In this document: positions 11,497 to 28,809 of the stretch, piece by piece
How positions within the stretch are numbered: the first letter of the stretch is position 1
Layout: every line of letters starts with the position of its first letter
Notes under the pieces: model-generated
What the model was told of the DNA's origin: nothing
Databases searched by the model: none
Seen by the model: only the letters and a program-made list of their open reading frames with translations
Position numbers and translations under genes: made by a program
From: Eledone cirrhosa
Taxonomy: Eukaryota
Reading direction: 5' to 3'
DNA length: 64,000 nucleotides
Assembly: GCA_964016885.1 (NCBI GenBank)
Contig: CAXHJY010000301.1
Span: 152,487-216,486 of the forward strand

Positions 11497-14400
11497 CTAA
11501 GGCGGGTAAAATTCCCGAGATCCATGGACGAGTTCTCTCCAGCGGTCTCTGTCCCTCATTATCGCTGCCATGTCCTGCGTCTCCAACAGACCAGTGTCTG
11601 TCCTTAGGGCATCAACATATGTTAACCTTGGTCTTCCTCTTCCAGTGTGTCCATGTAGGGGCTCCCAAAGGAGCACGGAGTGCAATGTCAACTCTGGATG
11701 TCGGTGAGCATGTCCAGCCAACCTCAGTCTCCTCTGTGTCACTTTTGAGCTGACTTTTGGGAGGCTCCCATACAGCTCTGAGTTTTTCATCCTCAGTGTA
11801 TACTGATTAATGTTCAGAGCCATCCTCAGCATTCTCGTGTAGCACCCATCCACCATCTGAGTGAGTCTCTTGGTCAGTGTCCAAGTCTCAGACCCACACA
11901 GCAGCACAGACTCCACTACAGCAATGAAGAGGCGGATTTTCAGGTCTCTACGAAGGTCCGACTTCCACACCGATCTCAAGCTGTGGCACGCCGCCCAGGC
12001 CTTGCTCTTCCTCTCAACCACATCATCTTCCGTATTCCCAATCTCTGCTCCCAAATACAGGAAGTCCTCAACCAATTCCAGCGGCTTCCCGCCTACATTA
12101 GTGATCCCCTCTGGCTTCTCAACATTCTCTACCAGATATTTTGTTTTAGTCTCATTCTCAGCCCCACACTCATCGACACAGTCTCAACCTCCCGCATCAA
12201 ATCCTCTGCCTCCTTCACTGTATTTGTCACCAAAACTATGTCGTCGGCAAATTCAGCATCCGATACCTTTTTCGCCCCAACTCTCCTGCTCTGAGCCGGT
12301 GCTACAGTAAAGCCAGAGTCCTGGTGTTTCTCCAGTGCAAGGCGCATACAATAGTCCACTACGATGATAAAAAGGTAGGGAGCCAATGTATCTCCCTGGA
12401 GCACTCCAGCCAGTATCTCAAAGAACTCTGTCATCCCATCAGGTGTAATGACTTGGGCTTTGGTGTTGGTGTAGAGCAGTGATATCAGGTCCACTATCCT
12501 CTTGGGGATTCCATAAGCCCGCAAGATCTTCATCAGGCAGTAACGGTCCACAGAATCAAAGGCCTTCCTAAAGTCAATGAAAACCATGACCGCAGGAAGG
12601 CACTTTGCTCTAGCTCCCTCTAATATCCTCCTCAGCATCAGGATGTGACTGGTGGTTGATCTACCCTCTCTGAAGCCGTTCTGGTTGTCCCTGAGCTTCT
12701 TCTCCATCTCAGGCTGGATCCTGTTAAGAATCATCCTGTTGAGGGTCTTTGCCACAAGTGACGTCAGTGAGATCCCCCGGTAGTTGTTGGTGTTAGAGAG
12801 ATCTCCCTTCTTTGGCACTGGGACGATGTTACTGATCCTCCACTGATTCGGGGCAACTCCTTTCTCCAGTGCCCCGTTACAGAACCCCAGGATGATATCA
12901 TCAAAATCACACCACTTCATCACCTCTGATGCTACTCCATCTTCTCCATGAGCCTTGCCCTCCTTGATCTTCTTCTTGGCTCTCTGAAGCTCCTCTCTGG
13001 TGAAGGACTCTGTCTCAACATCCAGTTCCTCAAACAGCCGCCTGATCTCCCCAGTGCTCTGGGCTGTGGAGGGTGGCTCTCCTAGTAGGGTCCTAAAATG
13101 GTCTAGCCATTTCCTCTTCCTATCCTCGGGCCCCGTTCCCTGGATCTGACTCGAACACCTTTTCTTCCTCCCTGTGATCTCGTTGATGATCATCCAGCTC
13201 TCCTTACATCCAGATCTGTCAACCGCTCTCTCCACACTTCTGATCTTCTCTATCAGTGCCTCCTCTCTGACCTCAGTGTAAGCGGTACAGAGCTCTTCCC
13301 TCATCACCTCCACAGTCTCCATCCTCTCCTCCGTAGGATCAGCATAGAATTGGTCCCTGGCAGCTTTCAGGTGTTCTCTGGCTGCACACACTTTTGGGTC
13401 TGCAGAGCTGACGTGCTTCCCTTTGTTCTTTTTCCTCGGCACCAGGGTTTCACTTGCTTTCGCCACTGCATTGGTGAAGTGCCCGTACCTCCCCGTCACA
13501 CTCTCCTCAGTCCATCCAATCTCTCTCTCCTCTGACTCTCCACACAGAGCACTAAACCTGTTTCTCACTTCCACTGTGAACCTCTCCTGTAGCTTATCAT
13601 CTTCCTTGAAAGCTCCCCAGTCATAGATTGTTCTCCGGGGCTGAGCCTTGCTCTTTCTTAAGCTCACGCGGACCTCACTCATAACAAGCCGGTGGTCACT
13701 ACCCAGTGTACTGAAATAGCTGTATGGTTCCGTGTTCAGAACACTATTCCGCCACTTTTTCCTCACCAGAATGAAATCAATCTGGGACTTGGACAGGTGC
13801 ATATCTGAGATGTAGGTCCACATCTTCCCCAGATTCTTCCTAAACCTTAGGTTGGTCGCCATCAAGTTCGCCTCCAGCAGGGTGTCTCTCAGTAGTCTTC
13901 CATTTCGGTTGGTGTTGTTATGGAAGTACCAGCAAGGATCTTCACTGCCCTCCTTACTCAGATGTGCATTGAAGTCCCCCAAAACAAGCAGGATATTGTG
14001 TGCCTGAGTGGTGTTGACAGCTCTACACACTTCCTCATGGAACTCCTCGGCATTCACATCACTGTCCCCCTCGGTTGGACTATAGGCTGAGATGACTGTC
14101 AGTCTTGGGTTTCCATTGAAGGTCACCCTCAACACTCGCGGGGAGATAGGCATTATTTCCCTCACCAACAGATTGGTTTTTGCACTGAACACAAAACCCA
14201 CTCCTCCTACTGCAGCATTTGTTGTGTTCTTCACTGCCGATGTAGTGATGAGCTGGCTCTTCCTCCCGATCATCACACTCCTCACGGGCTCATCGTGTAG
14301 AATCCTGTGTTCTTGGATCGCAAGTATCTGTATACCACTCTCCTCGAACAGATGTCCCAACTCCTCTCTCTTCTCCAGCGTTCGAATAGTCCTCACATTC

Positions 14401-14559
14401 AAAGTGCCCATTTTGATGGCTCCTCTGCAGGACAAAACTGCATTCTTTATATTTGTCTCAGAGACAGCTGATCCATCATCCACTGGCCCTCTCTGTGGCT
14501 CTAAGCCAGCAGAGTCATAACGACCAGGCTGCTCCTTGACAGTGTCATTAGGGGCTCTA
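11497..14559 (-). mobile_element. RTE-clade LINE family D (endonuclease + RT, no PHD), near full length, one frame break near 12130
   Basis: MGTLNVRT, LAIQEHR, GDFNAH, SDH; FIDFRKAFDSV, GVLQGDTLAPYLF, FADD; second ORF DFLYLG...RRLRLAGH; stop codon runs into (TAGA)/(TA)n. Confidence 0.92.
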
Positions 14560-14887
14560 ATATATATATATATCTTGATCGCTCATGAAATCCACCCAGA
14601 TTATGCTGACCGGATAACCATGTTGCTTGTTTATTTTCCTATCTTCGGTTTGCTTTTATCCTTCTATGTTGTTTACTGGTCTCACTCGCTTTGCGCGATT
14701 TACTTGTCACAATAGCTTTTTTTAGTTATTGCTCGCACCAACCTGAGGTATATGATTTTTAATGCGATGAAATATCAATGATGGTTGGCAAATCACTGAC
14801 GAGGGACTAATTTTATCATATGTAACCCATGTGCAACCACGCAGTATTCTTCTTTCTTCTCGTTTTATTTATATATATATATATATA

Positions 14888-17800
14888 TCATCATCATCAT
14901 CATCATATCATTTAACGTCCATCTTCCACGCTTGCATGGGTTTGGACGGGAGTTTTCCCACTTGGGGCAAGATTGGTTGTCTTGCTCGTATAGGACTGTC
15001 TGGCGGGTTTTCTATGGCTGGATGCCCTTCCTAACACCAACCACGTTTACAGTGTGGACTGGGAGGTTTTTACCGTGTTACCTACGTGGCCACATTACAG
15101 CGTGGACTGTGTGTTTTTTTCTCGTGACACCTACACGATCTCATTTATTTCGGACCAACATAACTTTACATCGAGAGGGGTGGTGTGGATGGGAGTGGGG
15201 GTGGTGGGGCGGGGGTGTATTTTTGTTAGAGGTGCCTACTGACTGTAGGTTTCGCTTTGTACTTAGGCAAGGCGGGTCTTCTGTATTACTGTGTAGCGCC
15301 AAAGATCTCGGTCCAGTGACATTGTCTTGGAGAGGTGTAAGTGTGTGAGGTCGGAATTTATCAAGTCGTCCCAGGTTTTTCTGGGTCTGCCTACTCCGTG
15401 GCTATCGTCTATTTTTATCGCCCTGCACTTTTTTATACAGCTGTCGTCTTACATGCGCATCACGTGACCATACCAACGTAGTCTTCTTTCGAGTAAACAA
15501 CATCTGATTCCTCTTATTCCTAATTTCTCCCTTAGTTCATTTATGCTTTGCCGTTCCTGTATATTACTATTACACATCCAACGGAGCATGCACGCTTTAT
15601 TCCTCTCCAGTCTGCGTATATCCTCTGCACACAATGCCCAAGTCTCACTGCCATGTAACATTGCTGTTCGTATGCAGGCATCATACAGCCTGCCTTTCAT
15701 TTGTAGAGAGAACCCTTTAGCGGCCAATAGTGGTATAAGCTCTCTGAACTTTTTCCATCCCGTTCTGACTCTAGCTATTGTACTTTCAGAGCACTCTCCA
15801 CCACTGCTGATTTTGTCACCCAGGTAACGGAAGGTGTCCACTATTTCTATAGAACCATCTGTGCAATGGAATGAGCTAGTATTCTGTGGGCACTTGCTCC
15901 TACTTATTGCACCAGAGCACCGGCCACATATATAATCTATATTCTTAGTTAGCTTACCTGTGATCCCACTACATCTTTTATGCACCCATACTTTGCATTT
16001 CGGACATAAAATGGAGTTGCTGCCTACTCCTTTCCTACACACAGCATGGCCATCCCAGATGCGACCAGTGCCCTATTTTCCTTCCTACAAACTAGAACTT
16101 TAGTCTTAGACAGGTTAATTTTAAGGCCTTTTTATTCTAGGCCATGCTTCCATGTTTGGAATTTCTTCTCTAGTTCAGCCATTGAATCAGCTATGAGCGT
16201 TAGATCATCTGCGTATAGAAGTTCCCATGGGCAGCCGGTCTTGAACTCCTCTGTTATAGCCTGAAGAGCAGTAATAAATAGTAGGGGGCTAAGGACGGAG
16301 CCCTGATGAACACCAACTTTTACGCTAAATTCTTCACTATATTCGTTGTTAATCCTAACCTTGCTGACTGTTTCTTTATAAATGGCTTGTATAGCTCTCA
16401 CAAGCCATGCATCAACACCTAGTTTTCTAAGGGCCCACCAGACAATCGAGCGGGGTACTCTGTCAAAGGCTTTCTCCAAGTCAACAAAAGCTAAGTATAG
16501 GGGTTTACTTTTAGCTAGGTACTTCTCCTGTAGTTGTCATACAATGAAAAGAGCGTCTGTTTTACTTTTACCTGACACAAACCCGAACTGCATTTCGTCT
16601 AGATCAATTCTCTCTCTGATTAGTTGCGCTATTACTTTTTCTGTGACCTTCATGACCTGGTCAATTAATTTAATGCCTCTATAGTTACCCCTATCTAGGG
16701 CATCTCCTTTACCCTTGTAGCAGTCAATGATGCTGCTGCTGCGCCAGTCCTTCGGAATGACCCCATTCTGTATGACTTGGTTTACTATCCGGGTGACCAT
16801 AGTGTGTCCCACCGTTCCAGATGCTTTCAGCAACTATTTCCGAAGGCCCAGCCGCCTTGCCCGTCTTCATGTCTTTGATCACCTTACTTATTATACTACC
16901 TTCAACTTACACTGCTGGTCCCTCTATTGGATCGATGTGGGGGAGACTGTCTTTCTCCCAATTATTCTCCTCATTTAGTAGCCTTTCGTAGTGACACTTC
17001 CAAGCTACCTTCTTATCAGCGTCAGTGATGGCAAGTACACCATCATCATTAAGGACACACTTCTCCCTGACAATATCACGGTTTTCCTTGACACATTGCC
17101 TAGCAATCCTGAACACCTCACGCTTTTGGTCCTCGCGTTGTAGAACATGCTTGAACTTTCTTTCCTCTGCTTCCCTTCTTGCGGAGTACACTTGTCTCCT
17201 AGCTTCCCTCCTGGCCACTTGATACTCTTCTCTACACCCCCCATCTCGCCATGCTCTCCAAGCCTGCTTTTTGGCCTTGATTGGCCCCTCCACCTTACTG
17301 TTCCACCACCACGTTACTCTCCTCCTGCCTATAGGCCTGCTCCAGCCACAGGTTTCATCTGTCGCCTTCAGCAGGTTTGCTTTCAGGAATTCCCACTGTT
17401 CCTCTATATTGTACGACTCTAATTGCTCTTCCTTACTATCAAAAGCATCAAGTAATATGCTTTTAAATTTATTACTGGCTGTAGGGTCCTTTAGCTTCCA
17501 TATTTTTCTCCTGAGGATAGTCCTCTTCTGTTGTTGAGTACGTCTCGTCCTGACTATGAGGTCGCTAATTATGAGTCTATGTTGAGAGGTGCATTCTTCA
17601 TGGGGGAGGGATTTAGTGTTTACAACAGACACTCTATCACGTCTTCTGGTAAGGATATAATCTACCTGGCTGGTGTGTTCCACTGATCTGTAGGTGATCA
17701 AGTGATTGTCTCGTTTTTTGAAGTTAGTGTTACAGATAGTTAGGTTATTTGCGTCACAGAATTCCAGGATTCTGGAGCCTTCCTCATTTCTAGTACCAAA

Positions 17801-18680
17801 CCCATAGCCCCCATGGATTCCGTCATAGCTGTCACAATGTTGTCCAACGTGACCATTTAGGTCGCCAGCGATAACTATGTAGTCACTGTCTGTTATTTGG
17901 GAGGTAGTGAGCATTAGCGACTTATAGAATCTGCTGTCTTTTATAACGCCAGGTAGTCCGGATTGTTGTGCATATGCAGATATTATTGTCACAGTAGTTC
18001 TATTTAGGACAAGTCTTATTTTAATTATTCTGTCGTTCACTCTATTTACGGCAATTACCTTATCTGCCCACTTTTCTGCTATCATGATTCCTACTCCACC
18101 CAGCCCATTGTCATTTCCCATCCAGAAAAGCTTATAGCATCGTTCTTTACCCACAATGAATCTAGCAGACCCACCCCTCCACCTGGTCTCTTGAATACAG
18201 CAAACATCAACCTCCTTACATTCAAGCATCTCTACAACCTCGTTAGAGCGACCTTTTAAGGTACCTACATTCATGGTACCAACTCTGAAGTTTTGGATTG
18301 CATTTGGAGGGTGGGAATGGTGGGGCGCTGGGGGGGGGGGGGTGTTAGGGAGATGGGGTTATGTTAGCCATCCGCGGCCGAAATAAAGAGGAGGAGTCCT
18401 TGTATTCTCGTCTGGCAGCATGAGGTGAATTTGTATTTATCTTTGGCATTGTCACTGAGTGTCCAGATTTTTTCTTTTCAAACTCTCCAGAATTCCGTAG
18501 TCCATCCATCATATCGAAAGGCAACCAGGTCTAAACTTAAGTGATAGCATAGGCCGCTGACTTATGATTGGCCCACGTAATAATAGTGGTGCGTGGGGGC
18601 GGGAGGGAGGGATATGGGGTAGTTAACGAGAAGGTTAAGGTTTAAATAAGATCCTCGTACTTTGGGCATAATTTAACAAG
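14888..18680 (-). mobile_element. RTE family A, full length but disrupted (5' UTR, EN, RT, PHD, 3' UTR, (GAT)n tail)
   Basis: ORF pieces 16907-18274, 16537-16833, 16132-16479 and 15449-16042 are collinear with the intact copy. Confidence 0.93.
18565..18606 (-). promoter_or_regulatory. Candidate internal promoter of RTE-A (GC box + CCAAT box)
   Basis: GGGGGCGGGAG at 18595-18605 and ATTGG at 18567-18571; both retained in the second 5' UTR (49913-49951). Confidence 0.4.
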
Positions 18681-18753
18681 CATAATATATATATATATAT
18701 ATCTTTTGCTTGTATGACACCTTCTAGTATTACCTGGTTAACAATATATATGC

Positions 18754-18820
<67 letters not shown>

Positions 18821-18825
18821 TATAT

Positions 18826-20665
18826 ATTGTTAACCAGGTAATACTAGAAGGTGTCATACCAAACCAAAGATTGGTGCAGTAGCATCATTGTCAACTGCTA
18901 CAAAGGTAAAGGCGATGCACTAGATAGAGGAAACTATAGAGGTATAAAGCTGATGGACCAGGTCCTGAAAGTAACAGAAAGAGTTATAGCACAGTTGATT
19001 AGGGACCGGTTGAAACTAGATGAGATGCAATTTGGGTTTGTACCAGGAAGAGGCACCACTGATGCCCTCTTCCTTGTGAGGCAGTTACAGGAAAAGTACC
19101 TAGCTAAAAGTAAGCCACTCTACCTGGCATTTGTCGACCTTGAGAAAGCCTTTGACAGAGTTCCACGTGCTGTAATCTGGTGGGCTCTTAGAAAACTAGG
19201 AGTAGATGAATGGCTTGTGAAAGCTGTACAAGCCATGTATAGGGGAGCAGTCAGCAAAGTTAGGATTAGCAATGAGTATAGCGAGGAATTTAGCGTACAG
19301 GTTGGGGTCCACCAGGGCTCTGTTCTTAGCCCTCTCCTGTTCATCATAGTCCTGCAGGCAATAACGGCGGAGTTTAAGACTGGATGCCCATGGGAACTCC
19401 TGTATGCAGATGACCTCGCACTTATAGCTGAATCTATGGTAGAACTAGAGAAGAAATTCCAAACTTGGAAGCAGGGACTAGAAAGAAAGGGTCTCAAAGT
19501 CAACATGACAAAGACTAAGGTCCTTGTAAGTAGACGAGAAAACAGAACCCAGATCCCCTCAGGGAAATGGCCTTGCTCAGTATGTAGGAAAGGTGTAGGT
19601 AGGAACTCCATTCTCTGCCCCAAAGCAAACAATTTGTATACAAGAAATGTAGCGGGATCTCAGGAAGCTTAATTAAGAATGTAGGCTTCACATATAGCAG
19701 CTGTGCTGGGACAGCAAGCAGCAAACAGCCACAGGAAACAAGTACCACCAATCTCTGGGAGGGCTCTGTAGAAACAGTAGACAGCTTCTGCTACCTAGGT
19801 GACCGAATTAGCAGCGGAGGTGGGTGTTCAGAAAGTACAATAACTAGAGTAAGAACGGGATGGAAGAAGTTCAGGGAACTACTGCCACTGCTAGCTGCAA
19901 AAGGCTTCTCCCTCAAAATGAAAGGCAGACTGTATGATGCGTGTATCCGAACAGTAATGTTACATGGTAGTGAGACCTGGGCGCTGAAGGTGGAAGACTT
20001 ACGTAGATTAGAAAGAAACGAAGCCTGCATGCTGTAATAGTAATAGTAATATACGCGAACGGCAAAGCATTAATGAATTGAGAGAGAGGCTGAGCATCAG
20101 AGGAATCAAATGCTGTGTGCAGGAGAGGCGGTTGCATTGGTATGGACATGTGATGCGTATGAAGGATGACAGCTGTATAAAAAGGTGCAGAGCACTAGAA
20201 GTCAATGGAATCCGCGGATGGGGAAACCCAAGAAGACCTGGGATAAGGTGATAGGGGCCGACCTTACCCAGTTGCACCTCTCAAAGGCGATGACACACGA
20301 CTGTGACCTCTGGTGTCACACAGTAATACAGAGTACCCGACCTCCCATGGGTACAAGCTGAAGCCTATAGACAATATGCCCCACACCCTCCCACTACAAA
20401 GTGGTCATGGAGTTGCCACAGCAAAAAAGCACCCAGCGCTCACTGTACAGTGGACGTGTAGGCGCCACGGAAAAAAAGCACCCAGCACTCACTGTAAATG
20501 AGGTTGGTGTTAGGAAGGGCATCCAGCTGTAGAAATCAAGCCAAAATCAGTTCCTGTATGAGCAAGGCTTGGTCAGCCAACCAGACACTGCCCACAACAG
20601 GACAACCCGTCTAACCCATGCTAGCATGGAAGAACAGACGTAAAACGATGATGATGATGCTGATG
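18826..20665 (+). mobile_element. RTE family B, 5'-truncated (RT, decayed PHD, 3' UTR, (GAT)n tail)
   Basis: ORF 18851-19672 with FVDLEKAFD, GVHQGSVLSP, YADD; distinct 3' UTR ending CCCGTCTAACCCATGCTAGCATGG...ACGATGATG. Confidence 0.9.
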
Positions 20666-20715
<50 letters not shown>

Positions 20716-21849
20716 ATAATAATACTATTTATAGTTATGTATATAGTATAAACAACTATAAACAGGAAGGTCAGTAATTTCCTACTACCTTATTACCAGT
20801 AAAAAAAATAGCTCAATGTATGAACATCAGTTGTTTTGCAGAGCAGGAAAATAAATAAATTAGACAATTATCAAAGTTGTGTTCAAATCATTTAATAGCT
20901 GACAATCGTTTCTTCCAAACTCTCATTTGGAGTCATCGGGGCATTATCAATGTTTGTACATGTAATTAACCTCCTATTCAACTGAACAATAATATAGATA
21001 CATATATATTGACGTTGTGAGCAACAGTTTCGTATTTATAGGGTGGAATGGATGTGACATATATTTTACGAGAATTGTACAAAAATTAAAATTCAAATTA
21101 AAAGCACAGAGTGGAATACATGCAACAGATAATACAAGAGAATAGTCTAAAATTAAAGAGGCATTGTGAAAGGAGCTTTGAGAAAGAAAGAGTTCCTTAG
21201 CAATACATATGCAGTCGTGTAGAAAGTGCACATGCGTTAGTCATATATATGAGAAGGAAATAAGTAAAGTTATTATGCATATATAGATAAAAAAAATACT
21301 GTATTTTAAGCAAAAATGTAATGTACTAAAATCTAGTGTTTGAATTTGTGTGTGTTGAGAAGAATAAAGTTATTGCAGTCTCTTCCATTACATATGTTGA
21401 ATTATATTTTAGTTCATGTTTATATTGTTTGTTTTAAGTTAGTTAAAGCAATGGATTGTAAATTAGTCTTATTGTATTTATATTCATGGACTATAGTTGT
21501 TCAACAGGTAGATTTTCCAACGGTTAAATTTCCGGAAGTGGGTAAGGTGAGCTAATGCATAAGGGGAGGTAACTAGCTAATTAAATTCAGTTATTCAAAA
21601 TCTTTGCTCTAACACAACTTTGATAATTGTCTAATTTATTTATTTTCCTGCTCTGTAAAACAACTGATGTTCTTACATTGAGCTATTTCTCTTACTGGTA
21701 ATAAGGTAGTAGGAAATTACTGACCTTCCTGTTTATAGTTGTTTATACTATATACATAACTATAAATAGTATTATTATTATTTACTGCTCCATACAGTTG
21801 AGCTAACATACATTAAATTACCAGTATGCTTATCAAAGATTAGCTTCCT

Positions 21850-24269
21850 ATGTCTACTAAGAACATACCAATACCACCTAAAGATACATACGAAAAATTA
21901 TTGATTAATAGTGTCAACTCTTTTATCAATAGAGTGAGATGGAGGACATTCCATTACAATAGAAACCGTTCAGACAAAAACAGAGATATAAATAACTTCG
22001 ACACTTACGGCTTTAAAACATTTAAAAGCCCTCCTCACAACACCTTATTAAACTCTTTTGAAAATGATCTAATTAAACTAGTTAAGAACATAAAATACAA
22101 AAAACATTGTAATAGAAATAACACCTTCTTAAACTACCACTATTAAAGGATTTAAAAAAAAAAAAAAAATCCTAGTACATGCAGATAAAACTAATAATAT
22201 ATATAACTTAGATTACGATACTTATAGAAAATTTATATATAAGGAACTGAATAGGAGCTACAAGAAAACTACTACTAAAAACCTAGAAGATATAAATATA
22301 GAAGGCCGTAGTATAGTGTGTAAATTAGGACTTCAGAGACATACACAGCCATACACCCCTAATCTCCCAAGATTCTCTCTGAAGGGCCATAAAGAAGACT
22401 TCATTAGTAACCCTTCAATAAGGCTAATTTGCCCTTCCAAATCTGACATTGGTATTATCAGCAAGAAAATATTAGATAGAATCATCCCACAATTTAAGCA
22501 CAAAATATATCTTAACCAATGGGGAAATACAGGTGAAGTTATTGAATGATTCAAGGGTATTAAAGAGAGTAAAAATAAAAAATTTATAGAATTTGATATC
22601 AATTCATACTACACCTCTATTTCCCCTATCCTATTAAATAAGGCTTTAATTATGGCCATGAACAATAGTGACCTGACTAGATCCCAAATTGATGTCATAC
22701 TTGCGGTCTGAAAAACCATAATTACGTTTGAAGACCAATTATGGACCCGCAAAGATACGCATAACAACTTTGACATAACTATAGGATCTAGTACTCGGTG
22801 CAGGTCACTGATTTGGTGGGCCTATATCTACTAAATGAAATTCATAAGAACCTATCCTACCTCACTGGTGGTTTATACCGCGATGGTGCACTACTCCTTA
22901 TAGACTATAAAAAATTTAATATAGAAAAAACTAGGAAACAATTACACAAAATTTTCAAAAACTTCAACTTAAGTATCACCTTAGATAAAAACACTAAAAA
23001 TGTTAACTTCCTTGATGCTACCTTTTGCCTAGACTCTAAAATATACACACCCTATCATAAACCTAACGAAAAACTAATTTATGTGAACACCAACTCTAAC
23101 CACCCTAAATCCATATTAAACTCTATTACTAAAGGAATATCTAATAGAATCTCTAATCTATCATATAATGAAACCATATTTAACAATAATTCACAATACT
23201 ATAATGAGGCCTTAGCTAAATCAGGACATAGGAATGAGATTGAACTCCTACCTATAAAATCACATAGTTACATTATTTCTCATAATATGGCCATGAGGAA
23301 AAATAGTAAAAACACTAGCCACTATAACTCTAGGACGAAGATTAATACCAAACTTAACTCGCACCAACGTAAACACCACAATAATAATATAAACAGGGAA
23401 ATAAATACCTAAAAAAACTACTAAAAACAAAAATAGGAGAACTAATACATTCTTCAATCCCCCTTTCAATCTAAACGTCTCTACCAACTTGCCTAAGGCT
23501 TTCTTCTCAATCTTAGAAAAAAACTTCCCCTCCGGCCACAAGTACCATAACCTTATCAATAAAAATACTATTAAAATCTTGTACTCCACCACACCTAACA
23601 TAGCATACCATATAGCTAGTAGTAATAAAAGGAAGATTAATAATTATTTCTAACTAATTAAAACACAACAGGAGGTAAACTTAGTACCTGTAAACAATAG
23701 TAGTAATAATAGTAATAATGATTGTAGCACTAATGAAATCAATAACAATACGAATGACAGGCATCATTATTTTTAGTGCTATCCCTAGCAACCAGAATTC
23801 TTCAAAACATAGGAACCGGCAAGCTGACATCCAGAATAAATGTAACTGTAGAACTAATAGAACTTGCCCCTTAGGTAATAATTGCTTAACCAAAGACATC
23901 ATCTACTCATGCACCGTCAATGCAAACAACTCTTCTAAAAGATATATCGGCTCTACTTCGAACAGCTTCAAGACGAGATACAACTCGCACCTCCACTCTT
24001 TAAAAAAACACAATCTAGCCAACTCCACTTCTTTATCTAGATACATACACTCTCTGAAAACTAGGAATAGACCATTTACACTGCAATGGGAAGTAGTAGG
24101 TAGGGCCTCATCGTATAAACCACCAAATAAATTGTGTAATCTCTGTCTTCCAGGGACCCATACTATAATCTTTTCGAAACTAGACCTCCTTAATAGAAAG
24201 TCAGAGACATTTTCCTCATGCCAACACCGATACCGTCACTCGTTCCATAACTTTAAACCTAGCTGTTAG
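21850..24269 (+). pseudogene. PLE2 polyprotein (RT + GIY-YIG, Naiad-like), with stops and frameshifts
   Basis: STKNIPIP, RVRWR, YGFK, IRLICPSKSDIG, GLYRDG, CNCRTNRTCPL, YIGSTSNSFKTRYNSH, CNLC, LNRKSETFSSCQH. Confidence 0.9.
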
Positions 24270-25551
24270 TATATATCAATGTCAGATTTGAATTCCCCAC
24301 CACCATTAACACTTCACATCTAGGACTTATCTGCCCCCACAGCTACACACTCTTTGATCAGCTCTTTCCTCTACACAACTCCTATTTATCTCTAACCTTA
24401 TACTCTGCAATAACTGTTAGAATTAAACATAAAGTTACCACCTTTTGATATAACTACTATAGCTTAATTATATTATATACAGTAATGGATATTTAATATG
24501 TAGAGACATTTAATGTAATGTGTAAGAATAAACTATATATACAATTAAATACTTAAATTAATAACATGTATATAAGGGATCTACCTTTAACACAATGTAA
24601 TAATAATAAAGTATATATACATTTATAATTAAATATATATAAGGGATTAATTTTTAAACAATGTATATTATTACACAAATGATATATCTATTTGGACATA
24701 TAAACAGCCATACAATTTTCCATAACATATATCTTGTCCAGTAATGAATGGATAACAATCTTAAGGGACCTTTAATGTATTATAATAAAATACACTGTAT
24801 TTAAAATCAAGTATAAATGTATAGCAGTATGTAATAGAGATTCAATTGTATCACATGTATTAGAGCAAAGATTTTGAATAACTGAATTTAATTAGCTAGT
24901 TACCTCCCCTTACGCATTAGCTCCCCTTACTCACTTCCGGAAATTTAACCGTTGGAAAATCTACCTGTTGAACAACTATAGTCCATGAATATAAATACAA
25001 TAAGACTAATTTACAATCCATTGCTTTAACTAACCTAAAACATTCAGTGCAAACATTAACTAAAATATAATTCAACATATGTAATGGAAGAGACTGCAAT
25101 AACTTTATTCTTCTCAACACACACAAATTCAAACACTATCAACAAACTATGTCCACCTTAGATTTTAATACATTACATTTTTGCTTAAAATACAGTATTT
25201 ATTTATCTATAGATACATAATAACTTTGCTTATTTCCTTCTCATATATATGACTAACGCATGTGCACTTTCTACACACCTGCATATGTATTGCTAAGGAA
25301 CTCTTTCTTTCTCAAAGCTCCTTTCACAATGCCTCTTTAAATATTAGACTATTCTCTTGTATTATCTGTTGCATGTATTCCACTCTGTGCTTTTAATTTG
25401 AATTTTAATTTTTGTACAATTCTCGTAAAATATATGTCACATCCATTCCACCCTATAAATACGAAACTGTTGCTCACAACATCAATATATATGTATCTAT
25501 ATTATTGTTCAGTTGAATAGGAGGTTAATTACATGTACAAACATTGATAAT

Positions 25552-25596
25552 GCTCCGATGACTCCAAATGAGAGTTTGGAAGAAACGATTGTCAGC
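25552..25596 (+). ncRNA. Hammerhead-like motif at PLE2 3' end, non-canonical core (mirror 20898-20942, minus)
   Basis: GCU-CCGAUGA-c UCCAAA..UUUGGA a-GAAA-CGAUUG-UC-AGC; same position as in PLE1. Confidence 0.52.
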
Positions 25597-25644
25597 TGTT
25601 AAATGATTTGAACACAACTTTGATAATTGTCTAATTTATTTATT

Positions 25645-28808
<3,164 letters not shown>

Positions 28809-28809
28809 T

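Larger units (their letters stand above)
20716..25644 (+). mobile_element. Penelope-like element PLE2, near full length, with an inverted pseudo-LTR at its 5' side
   Basis: About 20851-21611 is the reverse complement of about 24860-25644; 20716-20883 is the reverse complement of about 21612-21782; disrupted ORF in between. Confidence 0.92.

Noticed and set aside
14737-14805. Hammerhead-like CCAAC-CTGAGG..GAAA..GTTGG and nearby CTGACGA
   Set aside because: Core and stems II/III cannot be completed; 14575-14870 left unassigned
22540-22720. In-frame TGA codons in PLE2 as selenocysteine (reported for some Naiad PLEs)
   Set aside because: They fall at Trp/Arg-type positions in a frameshifted copy, the Cys motifs use ordinary codons, and no SECIS was recognised
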